From: Victivallales bacterium
Lineage (GTDB): Bacteria; Verrucomicrobiota; Lentisphaeria; Victivallales; UBA1829
Direction of reading: 5' to 3'
Length of the DNA: 64,000 nucleotides
NCBI GenBank assembly: GCA_045594005.1
Contig: JAZNXT010000138.1
Coordinates: 9,034-73,033 of the forward strand
Numbering within the stretch: position 1 is the first letter of the stretch; each line of letters opens with the position of its first letter. Position numbers and translations under genes: made by a program. This document shows, in pieces, positions 47,722 to 57,424 of this stretch. Below the pieces are notes generated by a model. That model was not told the DNA's origin and searched no databases. It saw only the letters and a program-made list of their open reading frames with translations.

Positions 47722-47727
47722 CAAGTT

Positions 47728-48123
47728 ATGGATTCGATCATCGGAAATGAATTGCGGAAACGCCTGAAAGATCTTTCCGCATTGGAAAATAAAGAAAACA
47801 CATATTGCTGCCGGATCTTTTTCGACCGGGCGTTCCGTGGATTTGAAGGACATTTTGAAGGCAATCCGGTAGTCCCCGGTGTCTGTCTGATAGAACTGAT
47901 CCGGGTTCATACGGAGGAGATCCTGCAGAAAGAATTGATCGTGAAAGAGATCGGTCAATGCAAATTCCGCAGTCCGTTCCTTGCCGGTATGGAAGGGGAA
48001 TGTATCACTCAAATCAGAGAAGCGGACGGCGGCATTTTTTCTGTTCAGGCGGAGATCCGGAACGACAGCGGCTCTGCCTGTAAGATGAAGCTGGTTCTGA
48101 CAGAAAGGGCGGCGGCACGATGA
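47728..48123 (+). CDS. 3-hydroxyacyl-ACP dehydratase, hotdog fold (ApeP/FabZ-like)
   Basis: 131 aa with the catalytic-His motif context FEGHFEGNPVVPGVCLIELI. Confidence 0.85.
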   Translation: MDSIIGNELRKRLKDLSALENKENTYCCRIFFDRAFRGFEGHFEGNPVVPGVCLIELIRVHTEEILQKELIVKEIGQCKFRSPFLAGMEGECITQIREADGGIFSVQAEIRNDSGSACKMKLVLTERAAAR

Positions 48124-48596
48124 GAAGAAAAAAAAGTTATTTTCAACAGCAGGAAGGCGATCCCGCGCCGCTGGTTCAGGAAGTGAAACGCCGTGTGGCA
48201 TTCAGCGAAGTGGATGCCATGGCGGTGGTATGGCACGGGAATTATCTGCGTTTTTTTGAAGCGGCACACACGGAACTCATGAACCGGATCGGATTGGGAT
48301 TTGCGGAATATGCAAAAGAACGGATCGCCGCACCCATGGTTCAGGCACATGTGGATTATCATGCGCCGCTGCTGCTGGATGAAGAGTTTACCGTCCGGGC
48401 GGAATTATATTGGAACGAAGGCGCACGGCTGGATATCGCCTATACCATCACCGGAGAAGACGGCAAGATCCGTGTCAGCGGATATACCGTACAAATGTTC
48501 TGCGGTTTGGATGATCACGCGCCCTGCATTTTTCCGCCGCCGGTGGCGGCACGGATGCGGGAACGCTGGCAGAACGGTGAATTTTATCAGGGATGA
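48120..48596 (+). CDS. 4HBT/YbgC-type acyl thioesterase (ApeK-like)
   Basis: ATGA overlap with the dehydratase stop. It has RVAFSEVDAMAVVWHGNYLRFFE, the typical 4-hydroxybenzoyl-CoA thioesterase-family N-terminus with catalytic Asp. Confidence 0.85.
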   Translation: MRRKKSYFQQQEGDPAPLVQEVKRRVAFSEVDAMAVVWHGNYLRFFEAAHTELMNRIGLGFAEYAKERIAAPMVQAHVDYHAPLLLDEEFTVRAELYWNEGARLDIAYTITGEDGKIRVSGYTVQMFCGLDDHAPCIFPPPVAARMRERWQNGEFYQG

Positions 48597-49687
48597 TGGC
48601 GATGAAAAAAGATGTTTCCTGCGTCATTACACACACAGCGGCAGTCACGCCCGCCGGAACGGGTATGGCGGAACAAATCCGCACCCTTTATAACGGGATT
48701 CAGCATTTTTCCCTGCCGGAACATTTTGACAGCCGCGGCACACAGCTGGGGGTGATCCATTCTCTGGACAGGACCGGCAGCAGATCCAGAGCGTTGGCTC
48801 TGTTGAAAATGCTGCGGGATGCCGTGGATTTTCCCATTCCTGAAGAAGGAACAAAACTTTTTCTTGCCACGACTGTGGGTGCGGTGGACCTGTTGGAACA
48901 GGGGGAAGTCTGCGACGGGACAATCGCGTTGCTGGAAGAAGCCAAAACACTGTTCGGGATCGGAAATGCCACACTCATCGCGGCGGCGTGCGCATCGGGT
49001 CAGACCGCTGCCGCAGTGGCGATGGAACAGTTGAAAAATCACAGTTGCGATCACGCACTGGTCATCGGCTGCGATGCCGTAAGCGAATTTGTTACCACAG
49101 GGTTTACGGCATTGGGGGCAACTGCCGGAAAAGATGTCTGCCGCCCTTACGATACCAACCGGTGCGGTCTGACACTGGGTGAAGCGGCATGCGCGTTGCT
49201 CCTGACGCGGCAGGATCTTGCAGAAAACGGGATCGGCAGGATCGTTGCCGTGGCGGAAAATTGTGATGCGAGCCATATCACCGCGCCCGATCTGGAAGGG
49301 ACGACACTCCGGAGAGCCATTGCACAGGCACTTGATGCCGCAGGCGGGTCAATCGGGGGGATCATCGGACACGGCACGGGAACGCTTTACAACGATCTGG
49401 CGGAAGTCAATGCCCTTTCTCATGTTTTCGGGAACGGGGAAAATGTACCGCCGCTTTTTTCGTTGAAGGGAAATTTCGGGCATACGCTGGGTGCGACCGG
49501 AGTTTTGCAGATCGCTCTCGGTTTGGAGATCTCCCGCAGAAAACTGCTGCCGCCGCAGGCAGGTTTGCGCGAAGGCATGATCCCCTCCGTTTCAAAAGAA
49601 GCGCAGGAATTGACTTCCGGCAGACTGTTGAGTCTGAATGTGGGATTCGGCGGTTTGAACAACGCATTGATCCTGGAGGCGTTATGA
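48593..49687 (+). CDS. beta-ketoacyl synthase (Cys-His-His; ApeO-like)
   Basis: ATGA overlap upstream. Active-site contexts are AAACASG, IGHGTGTLYND and FGHTLGATG. Confidence 0.9.
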   Translation: MMAMKKDVSCVITHTAAVTPAGTGMAEQIRTLYNGIQHFSLPEHFDSRGTQLGVIHSLDRTGSRSRALALLKMLRDAVDFPIPEEGTKLFLATTVGAVDLLEQGEVCDGTIALLEEAKTLFGIGNATLIAAACASGQTAAAVAMEQLKNHSCDHALVIGCDAVSEFVTTGFTALGATAGKDVCRPYDTNRCGLTLGEAACALLLTRQDLAENGIGRIVAVAENCDASHITAPDLEGTTLRRAIAQALDAAGGSIGGIIGHGTGTLYNDLAEVNALSHVFGNGENVPPLFSLKGNFGHTLGATGVLQIALGLEISRRKLLPPQAGLREGMIPSVSKEAQELTSGRLLSLNVGFGGLNNALILEAL

Positions 49688-50319
49688 TGGAACTTGCGCT
49701 CAAAGCCGGAGCATTGATCCGGACAAATACAGACGGTACCGTATCGGCAGAAATGCTGAACAGACCGGAACACTGGGAACAGATCCCGAACCTGAACGCA
49801 TTGCGTCTGCTTCTGACAGAACAGCCATTCATTCCCAAAGGGGATATGGATGATTTCGGACGGGGCAGTATCGCAGTCCGTTATGCCATGCTGGCGGCTC
49901 TGCTCACAGCCGCAGATCACGGCGGAAATATCAGCACGGATACCGGGATCATCGGTTGGAACGGACGGGGATGCACAAAGGAAAATCTGCGGTATTGGCA
50001 GGATTATACCGGGAATGATAAAATTGCCGGACGGGGCGGACTTTTTGTGGCGACACTGCCCACGATCCCGTATTGCGAAGCGGCGATCACACTGGGGTGT
50101 CACGGAGCTTCCGCCTATTTTCACACGGAGGCGGATACGGCGGAACTTTTCGCACTACTTTCCGATCGTGCGGGCGAACACTTCATTGCGGGAGAGATTA
50201 CGGAGGATTCCGCGTGTATGCTGCTCCTTTCCAAAGGAAAAAACGACACACAAATATCAGCCGGTCTGCCCTCGCTGGAAGCATTGTTTCACGCACTGAA
50301 AAAGGATCTGCCGAAATGA
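49684..50319 (+). CDS. KS N-terminal-like protein lacking active-site Cys (chain-length-factor-like, ApeC-like)
   Basis: 211 aa with ATGA overlaps on both sides. The thiolase-like segment TLPTIPYCEAAITLGCHGASAYF has no ACASG-type nucleophile motif. Confidence 0.7.
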   Translation: MMELALKAGALIRTNTDGTVSAEMLNRPEHWEQIPNLNALRLLLTEQPFIPKGDMDDFGRGSIAVRYAMLAALLTAADHGGNISTDTGIIGWNGRGCTKENLRYWQDYTGNDKIAGRGGLFVATLPTIPYCEAAITLGCHGASAYFHTEADTAELFALLSDRAGEHFIAGEITEDSACMLLLSKGKNDTQISAGLPSLEALFHALKKDLPK

Positions 50320-51905
50320 GATTTGCCTGTATCATTCCGTTATACAATCACGCAAAAACAGTCCTGCCGGTGGCACAGGGTGCAAAAAAACATATCAGCG
50401 ATGTACGGATCGTGGACGACGGCAGTACGGATCTGCCGGAAAATTTTGAAGAAGAGTTGAAAAATTCCGGCATTAAACTGATCCGGCATGAAGTCAATGC
50501 AGGCAAGGGAGCCGCGTTGAAAACGGCGGCAAAACTGCTGGCGGAAGAAAAGATTGACTATATGATCGTGCTGGATGCCGATGGTCAGCATGATCCCGAT
50601 GATATTCCGAAGTTTACGGATGCAGTGGAACAGAATCGCGCATCTGTCGTGATCGGGTGCCGGGATTTCAATACGGAAAATGTGCCGGGCTCCAGCAGAT
50701 TCGGCAGAAAATTTTCCAATTTCTGGTGTTATGTGGAAACGGGGAAATATTGTGACGATACTCAAAGCGGCTTCCGGGCTTATCCGGTAGAGGCGTTCAA
50801 TGCTTTGAAATTATATTGCGACCGTTATAATTTTGAGATCGAAGTGCTGGTAAAGCTCATTCGTGCCGGATTCACACCGGTGGATATCCCCATAAAAGTG
50901 ACGTATGAACCGCGTGGGAAAAGGATCAGCCATTTTCATCCGTGGAAAGACAATTTCCGTTTATCGCTGCTCCATACGGCACTGGTGGCGCGCCGGCTTC
51001 TGCCCATCCCGTACAAACGCCTTGCGCCGGAAACGAACTTGAGTGCAAAACGCGGCAACCGGCTCGGGATCGGTTTCTTCCGGGTACTGCTGGCATTGGG
51101 TGGATTCCGGATCGCATTGTTCTGCGCATGGATCGTCACCTGGTTTTATGCGGTCTTTGATAAAAAAGCATTTGCCGCCGCAGAAGGATATCTGCGTTTG
51201 CGCTTTCCCGCAGAACGGAAACTCAAAAAACATTTTCACCGTCTGATCTATGAACTGGCAAAGATCCTGATCCTTTCCGCACGGCAGGGAAGCGGGAAAG
51301 AATTGCCCGTGGAGGAAAGAGGAACGGAATTTCTGCCGGAAGACGGGGAAAGTGCCGTGCCGCTGCTGGCACATTTCGGCTGTTGGCAGATGTCCATGAG
51401 TCTGCTGGGGAAACCGGGCAGAGAAGCCTGTATCATGGCACGGCCGGACTACAATCAGAACATGGATAAATTTCTTGCCTTGAAGGATCCGCAGAAAAAA
51501 TTCCGTGTGATCTCCACCGAAAGTTTTTCCGGCGGTCTGGTGGAAGCTGCCGCCGCATTGGAACAGGGGACCAGTGTGATCGTGATGGGAGACCGGGCAG
51601 TTTCCGGAACGGCTTTGGCAAAAGTTCCCTATTTCGGCGGGACCATTGAACTGCCGCTGTCCCCGTGGATGCTGGCGGCACGGTGCCGGAAAAAAGTGAT
51701 CCCGGTCTTTGCGGAACTGGCGGAGAAACCGTACCGGATCATCCTGCATTATTGCAAGGGGATCGATTTTCAGGATATGGATGCCGATCATCGGATCAGG
51801 CAATCCGATCTGCTTCCAGCCATGGAAGAATACGGCAAACTGCTTCAGGAAATGGCGGAAAGATGTCCGTATCAGGTTTTCCGGTTCGGAAATGAACAAA
51901 AATAA
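50316..51905 (+). CDS. GT2 glycosyltransferase fused to LpxL/HtrB-like lipid acyltransferase
   Basis: Trimmed to ATG 50316 (ATGA overlap). The N-terminal half has IIPLYNHAKTV...VDDGSTD...VLDADGQHDP. The C-terminal half resembles late lipid A acyltransferases (LLAHFGCWQMS). 529 aa. Confidence 0.85.
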   Translation: MRFACIIPLYNHAKTVLPVAQGAKKHISDVRIVDDGSTDLPENFEEELKNSGIKLIRHEVNAGKGAALKTAAKLLAEEKIDYMIVLDADGQHDPDDIPKFTDAVEQNRASVVIGCRDFNTENVPGSSRFGRKFSNFWCYVETGKYCDDTQSGFRAYPVEAFNALKLYCDRYNFEIEVLVKLIRAGFTPVDIPIKVTYEPRGKRISHFHPWKDNFRLSLLHTALVARRLLPIPYKRLAPETNLSAKRGNRLGIGFFRVLLALGGFRIALFCAWIVTWFYAVFDKKAFAAAEGYLRLRFPAERKLKKHFHRLIYELAKILILSARQGSGKELPVEERGTEFLPEDGESAVPLLAHFGCWQMSMSLLGKPGREACIMARPDYNQNMDKFLALKDPQKKFRVISTESFSGGLVEAAAALEQGTSVIVMGDRAVSGTALAKVPYFGGTIELPLSPWMLAARCRKKVIPVFAELAEKPYRIILHYCKGIDFQDMDADHRIRQSDLLPAMEEYGKLLQEMAERCPYQVFRFGNEQK

Positions 51906-51916
51906 AGTCTGCGCAG

Positions 51917-51944
51917 TTGAAAAGCGCGGAATATATGCTATAAT
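51917..51944 (+). promoter_or_regulatory. possible internal sigma70-like promoter before ACP2
   Basis: TTGAAA (51917-22), a 16-nt spacer, then TATAAT (51939-44), inside the 88-nt gap before ATG 51994. Confidence 0.45.
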
Positions 51945-51993
51945 ATGCAAAAAGAAATCAATAATCACTGAAAAATCCCGGAGAAAACAGAAC

Positions 51994-52269
51994 ATGGATG
52001 AAGCAACACAGGCATTCCGCAAGGAATTGAAAGAAAATCTGATCGACTGGCTGCAGCTTTTGGATAAAACACCCGAAGATGTGGTGGATGAAGAACCCCT
52101 TTTCAATACCGGCATGGGATTGGATTCATTGGATGCTGTGGAAATCGTGATCCTGATGCAGAGGAAATACGGGATCGCACAGGCAGAAGTGGAAAACGGC
52201 GATAAACGCGCCATCTTTGCCACCTTTGCCTCTCTTGCGGATTTCATTGCGGAAAAACGCACGAAATAA
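51994..52269 (+). CDS. acyl carrier protein (second ACP)
   Basis: Trimmed to ATG 51994 (GGAGA RBS). 91 aa with the attachment context GMGLDSLDAVEIVILMQRKYG. Confidence 0.88.
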   Translation: MDEATQAFRKELKENLIDWLQLLDKTPEDVVDEEPLFNTGMGLDSLDAVEIVILMQRKYGIAQAEVENGDKRAIFATFASLADFIAEKRTK

Positions 52270-52312
52270 ACCATAGCGGCACTCAAAAAAAAACAAAACG
52301 GGATCTTCCACA

Positions 52313-54211
52313 ATGGCACGCGCAGGTATCAGCGGGATCGGGATCAAATCCGCACTCGGCGGCAACAGGACCGAAACTTTGAAAAATCTTTTTGCAGATT
52401 TCCCCGCACTTCCCGGCGGTACAGACCGTTATCAGACAGAATTGGATCTGCCTGTTTTTACGCTGCCGGAAAAAAAGGATCCGGAATTCTTTTTTGAATG
52501 GCCCGTCTATCTGCTTCAGCACGCATTGGAAGAAGCTCTCTCCCACGCGAATCTGACGCTTGATGATCTGAAAAACAAGCGCGTCGGCGTGGCTGTCGGC
52601 ACCACCGTGGCATGTCAGCTGAACAGTCTTTGTGCTTACACGAAATTGCGGAACGGTGATACGGCAGATGCCAAACCGTTTCTCCGTTATGTGCTGGGTA
52701 TGCCGGCGGAATATGTGCGCCGCACATTGAATTTGAACGGACCGGCAGTGACGATCTCCAATGCCTGTGCCTCCGGAGCCGATGCGGTGATGCTGGGGCT
52801 GAACTGGCTGAAAAATGAGGAATGTGATCTGGTCATTGCAGCCGGATGCGATTCTGTGGAAAAAGTTTCCCTCAACGGATTCAACGCATTGCGGGTCTGT
52901 TCCGCCGAACCGTGCCGTCCCTTTGATGCAAAACGAAGCGGCTTGAATTTGGGTGACGGTGCCGGTGTGGTGATTTTGGAAGATCCCGCGCAAGCAGAAA
53001 AACGGGGGATCAGAGTTGAATATGAAGTTGCCGGAGCGGGAAAGACTGCCGACGGATTCCACATCACCCAGCCGGAAGGATCCGGTGCGGAACTGGAACG
53101 GGCGATCCGTCTTGCGCTGAAAGAAAGCGCACTTGCGCCGGAAGATATTGATTTTATCAATGCGCACGGAACGGGTACGCTGGTGAATGACCGTGTGGAA
53201 GGTTCGGTATTGCCGCGGATCTTCGGGAACGGATTGCTTTATCACTCCACCAAAGCGATGACCGGGCATACGCTGGGGGCGGCGGGAACTCTGGAACTGA
53301 TCCTGACGATGCTGATGCTGAAGGAGAAAAAAATCTGCGCGAGTCACCGTTTTGAAACACTGCCGGAAGAATTGACTGTCCCACCGGTGCAGGAAGTAAC
53401 GCCTGTTGCGGGAAATGCTGCAGTTTCCACCTCTCTTGCTTTCGGCGGATCCAATACAGCACTGGTCGTAAAACGCATTGACTCTGACAAAAAAGAACAA
53501 ACAGCCGCGGAAGATCAAGATCTTTTCATCGCCGCCGCCTGCGTGCAGGAAAATGGCGCGCCGGATAAAGATACAGTGCTGGCAGTCTGCCGGAAATATG
53601 CCATGCGGCGGATCGACCGGTTGACACAGCTGGCAGTGGTGACTGCCGACAAACTGGCAGAACACCTTGATCCCCGGGAAGAAACGGCATTGATCACAGT
53701 CACATCCTACGGACCGATGGCGACCAGCTGCAAAGTTCTGGACGATATTCTGGATTTCCCGGAAAACCAGATCCTGCCCACCGGATTTTCCCATTCTGTG
53801 GTGAATGCGGCGGCTTCCTACATTGGAGCCGCACTGAAACTGCACGGACCCACCTTTGCCATTGCCGGATTTGAAGATCCCTTCCGCGAAGGGGTGAAAC
53901 TGGCAAAAAGTCTGCTCACAGGCGGGCGTTGCAGCAAAGTCATGCTCGTTGCACTGGATGAAGAAAACATCATCCGTGATGCGGCGGAACCGCTGCGGAA
54001 AAGCGGTATTCCCCTGCGTGCGGAAGGCAGCTGCGGATTGCTTCTGACGCTGGATCCGGCGCAAAACCGCTGCGGAAAACTGGAATTGACAGATGATACC
54101 GCTGCAGAAAGGCTCCTGCCCTGCGGGATCCCGGCAGATCTTCTTCCGCAGTTGGGAAATCACACAAATACAGTCCGTTTGAACAAATTGCACCCATCTC
54201 ATTGGAATTAA
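52313..54211 (+). CDS. beta-ketoacyl synthase fused to C-terminal KS-N-like (chain-length-factor-like) domain
   Basis: 632 aa. The first roughly 385 residues form a complete KS (SNACASG, NAHGTGTLVND, TGHTLGAAG, FGGSNTALVV). After a charged linker (DSDKKEQTAAEDQD) comes a second thiolase-like half without the Cys motif (PTGFSHSVVNAAASYIGAALKLHGP). Confidence 0.88.
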   Translation: MARAGISGIGIKSALGGNRTETLKNLFADFPALPGGTDRYQTELDLPVFTLPEKKDPEFFFEWPVYLLQHALEEALSHANLTLDDLKNKRVGVAVGTTVACQLNSLCAYTKLRNGDTADAKPFLRYVLGMPAEYVRRTLNLNGPAVTISNACASGADAVMLGLNWLKNEECDLVIAAGCDSVEKVSLNGFNALRVCSAEPCRPFDAKRSGLNLGDGAGVVILEDPAQAEKRGIRVEYEVAGAGKTADGFHITQPEGSGAELERAIRLALKESALAPEDIDFINAHGTGTLVNDRVEGSVLPRIFGNGLLYHSTKAMTGHTLGAAGTLELILTMLMLKEKKICASHRFETLPEELTVPPVQEVTPVAGNAAVSTSLAFGGSNTALVVKRIDSDKKEQTAAEDQDLFIAAACVQENGAPDKDTVLAVCRKYAMRRIDRLTQLAVVTADKLAEHLDPREETALITVTSYGPMATSCKVLDDILDFPENQILPTGFSHSVVNAAASYIGAALKLHGPTFAIAGFEDPFREGVKLAKSLLTGGRCSKVMLVALDEENIIRDAAEPLRKSGIPLRAEGSCGLLLTLDPAQNRCGKLELTDDTAAERLLPCGIPADLLPQLGNHTNTVRLNKLHPSHWN

Positions 54212-54245
54212 AAATATATCAAAACATATCACAGGAGAACAAAAC

Positions 54246-55556
54246 ATGGCTCACATTGTTTTGAAAAAAGATCAGATCATCGGCACGATCAAACCCATGC
54301 ACGCAGTCAACAACGGTCCCACCGTGGCGCGTGCGGATCAAACCAGAGGCAACTTTGATACATTCAAGGCGGCAAAGATCCCCTTTGCCCGGAATCATGA
54401 TGCCTCCCATTGTTCTGCCTACGGCGGACCGCATACCGTGGATGTGAACTGCATTTTCACCAATTTCGATGCCGATGAAAATGATCCGGCATCCTACGAT
54501 TTCGTGCTGACCGATCAGTATCTGGAAAATACACTCAAAGCGGGTACACAGATCTTCTACCGTCTGGGTGCCTCCATTGAACACTGGATCAAAAAATATA
54601 ATACGCTCCCCCCGAAGGATTTTCACAAATGGGCGCGGATCTGCGAACACATCATTGCGCACTACAATGAAGGCTGGGCAGACGGGTTCCGTTGGAATAT
54701 CGAATACTGGGAAATCTGGAACGAACCGGATCTGGATCCCGATGACAGCCCCAACAAACGTTGTTGGGGCGGCACCGAAGCACAATTCCACGAGCTGTAC
54801 CGCATTGCGGCAAGACATCTGAAAAACCGTTTCCCCACACTGAAGATCGGCGGTCCTGCCATCGCGGGAAATATGGCTTGGGGGGAACGCTTCATCACCG
54901 CCATGGCAAAAGACAATGTGCCGATGGATTTCTTCTCCTGGCACCGCTATACGGTGGATCCGTATCAGATCGCGGAACGGCAGAAACTCGTCCGGGAAAT
55001 GCTGGATAAAAACGGTTATACCGAAACGGAAAGTATCCTCAACGAATATAATTATGTCCGCGGCTGGGGTGCAGACTGGATCTATTCTCTGGAACAGATG
55101 ACCGGTCTGAAGGGCGCGGCGTTCACTGCCGGATGCTTCTGCACCGGACAGAACAGCGGTCTGGATATGCTCATGTACTACGATGCACGGGTCGGCTGCG
55201 GGATGAACGGGATGTTCCACCAGCTGACGCTCCGTCCCATCAAAGGATATTATGTTTTCACGGCGTTCTCCGAGTTGTATGAACTCAAAAACCATGTGGA
55301 ATGTTCCTGCGATGATCCGCTGGTCTATGTGACCGCCGCCGCAAACGGAGATGAAGCGCGTATCCTCGTGAGCAATTATAAGGAAGATGATTCCACGCCC
55401 GCGACAGAAATCACAGTGAGCGGACTGAAAAATCCGGAAGTGGTGCTGACCGATGCCGGTCACGACGGCGAAGAGATCCCCGTGAAACTGGATAAAAACG
55501 GGAATCTGAAACTGACTCTGGAACGCAATGCCTTTGCGCTGATCCGCTCGAAATAA
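54246..55556 (+). CDS. clan GH-A glycoside hydrolase (GH39-like)
   Basis: 436 aa with an AGGAGA RBS. The WEIWNEPD motif (acid/base Glu of clan GH-A) and the N-terminal MHAVNNGP context resemble GH39-type enzymes. The family assignment is tentative. Confidence 0.75.
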   Translation: MAHIVLKKDQIIGTIKPMHAVNNGPTVARADQTRGNFDTFKAAKIPFARNHDASHCSAYGGPHTVDVNCIFTNFDADENDPASYDFVLTDQYLENTLKAGTQIFYRLGASIEHWIKKYNTLPPKDFHKWARICEHIIAHYNEGWADGFRWNIEYWEIWNEPDLDPDDSPNKRCWGGTEAQFHELYRIAARHLKNRFPTLKIGGPAIAGNMAWGERFITAMAKDNVPMDFFSWHRYTVDPYQIAERQKLVREMLDKNGYTETESILNEYNYVRGWGADWIYSLEQMTGLKGAAFTAGCFCTGQNSGLDMLMYYDARVGCGMNGMFHQLTLRPIKGYYVFTAFSELYELKNHVECSCDDPLVYVTAAANGDEARILVSNYKEDDSTPATEITVSGLKNPEVVLTDAGHDGEEIPVKLDKNGNLKLTLERNAFALIRSK

Positions 55557-55586
55557 TCACCCGGAAAGAAGAAAAGAAGTCTGATC

Positions 55587-56504
55587 ATGAAACTTGGACT
55601 GATCTTTGCAGTCTGTGCCGGTCTGACGGCAATGGGTGCGGGTATCGTTTCCAGCAACGCCGCAAAAAAATCCCTGAATCTGGGATTGATCCAAGGGGTG
55701 GCATCTGTATTCCTTGCCATTCTGACATTTGCTCTCGCCGGTGGCAAGATCCTCTGGACGGGCAGCGGTCATGAGATTTGGATCAACTTTTTTGTGTTCC
55801 TTGCCGGTGCCGGAAATTTTATTGTGTTCCTGCTGCTGGAACGGGCAATGCGCTATGGACATAACGGGCTGATCTGGTCGATCGTCAATTCCGCGCTGAT
55901 CTTCCCATTCCTTATGGGGATCGTGATTTTCGGTGTGGAGGCTTCCGTCTGCCGGTGGCTGGGTGCCGCGGCGATCGTCGCAGGGATCTTCACGGCAAAA
56001 ATGAAGAAATCCGGCGGCGACACGACGGAAGAAAAAGGAAACGACAACAGCAACCGTGCATGTATGCTCTGGACTTTGGCGGCATTTCTCATGGCGGGGA
56101 TCACACAATCTTCGGTGAATATCCCATCTTATCTGGACGGGATCGGGAATATTTCCAATCTCCAGAAGGGGTTTGTGATGCAGCTGGGTATGATCGCAGC
56201 GGCGGCGGCAACTCTGCCTTTCATGTTGGATCTGAAGGAATTGAAACGCGATTGGAAACCAACGGTGGGCATGAGTCTTTTCCTTACCGTGATGAACGGT
56301 TTGTTCCTGTGCGTATTCCTTTACAGCAGTTGTGACCTGCTGAAAGAAGCGGGTGCGGGCGCGATCGCCTATCCGGTGATCGTGGGTGTGACGATCACGG
56401 CGTTCTCCCTTTACAGCGTGACGGTTCTGAAAGAAAAACTATCGGTGATGACGGTCGTCTCCACGATCCTGACGGTCTGCGGTGTGGTGATGGTGGCATT
56501 ATGA
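55587..56504 (+). CDS. DMT-superfamily membrane transporter
   Basis: 305 aa with about 10 hydrophobic spans in two halves. ATGA overlap with the next DMT gene. Confidence 0.7.
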   Translation: MKLGLIFAVCAGLTAMGAGIVSSNAAKKSLNLGLIQGVASVFLAILTFALAGGKILWTGSGHEIWINFFVFLAGAGNFIVFLLLERAMRYGHNGLIWSIVNSALIFPFLMGIVIFGVEASVCRWLGAAAIVAGIFTAKMKKSGGDTTEEKGNDNSNRACMLWTLAAFLMAGITQSSVNIPSYLDGIGNISNLQKGFVMQLGMIAAAAATLPFMLDLKELKRDWKPTVGMSLFLTVMNGLFLCVFLYSSCDLLKEAGAGAIAYPVIVGVTITAFSLYSVTVLKEKLSVMTVVSTILTVCGVVMVAL

Positions 56505-57403
56505 GCTGGATCGCGTTTGTGTTGATTGTGACTTCCGCCGGACTTCACGCGGGCTGGAATCTTCTTGCAAAAAAATCGAAGATGACTCCGGCATTTTATA
56601 CGATCCTCTGTACGATCTGCGCGTTTTTCTGGTGGCATACGGTGCTGTGGACACCTTTGGAGATTTCAGAACTGCCGTTGCGGTTCTGGCTTTGTCTGGC
56701 AGGATCCATTGCCAGCGATGTGCTGTACTGTTTCGGGCTTTCCGCCGCCTACAACCGGCTGGAAATGTCAACAGCATATCCCATGATCCGTGCGCTGCCG
56801 CTGCTTTTCATTGCGTTGCTGACCACGGTGCTGGGATTGGGTGCGCCTCTGTCTCTTGCCGCGGTCACGGGGATGGTGGTGGTGTTCGCCGGATGTCTGC
56901 TGATGCCGTTGACAGATCTGACTCATTTCCGCTGGCAGAATTATCTGAACAAAGATATTCTTTTTGTGATCCTGGTGGCATTAGGCACGACCGGTTATAC
57001 GATTTTTGACAGTCAGGCGATCCGGACGATCACGGAAAATGTTTCCGGGATCAGCAAACCGATGATCTCCCTCACCTATTATGCCACCCGTGTGATCACG
57101 CTGACCATTACACTGTGGTGTCTGGTGCTGTTGAGTCCGGCAGGCAGAGCAGTGGTGCGGGATGTCTGGATACGACGGGACCGGATTGCGGTTTATGCGG
57201 GACTTTTTGCATCCTGTTCCTATGTGCTGGTGCTGCTCTCCATGGGGTATGTGACCAATGTTTCCTTTGTGCAGGTATTCCGTCAGATGGGAATGTTGAT
57301 CGGCGTGGCACTGGGGATCTTTCTCCTGAAAGAAAAATGTACTTTACCCAAGATCATCGGTGTGACACTCATCGTGCTGGGTCTGATCCTTACAGTGTTA
57401 TAA
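56501..57403 (+). CDS. EamA/DMT-family membrane transporter
   Basis: 300 aa and polytopic. The N-terminus is SAGLHAGWNLLAKKS. It has a two-repeat architecture typical of EamA. Confidence 0.8.
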   Translation: MSWIAFVLIVTSAGLHAGWNLLAKKSKMTPAFYTILCTICAFFWWHTVLWTPLEISELPLRFWLCLAGSIASDVLYCFGLSAAYNRLEMSTAYPMIRALPLLFIALLTTVLGLGAPLSLAAVTGMVVVFAGCLLMPLTDLTHFRWQNYLNKDILFVILVALGTTGYTIFDSQAIRTITENVSGISKPMISLTYYATRVITLTITLWCLVLLSPAGRAVVRDVWIRRDRIAVYAGLFASCSYVLVLLSMGYVTNVSFVQVFRQMGMLIGVALGIFLLKEKCTLPKIIGVTLIVLGLILTVL

Positions 57404-57424
57404 ACAGAAACGGAAGAATATATT

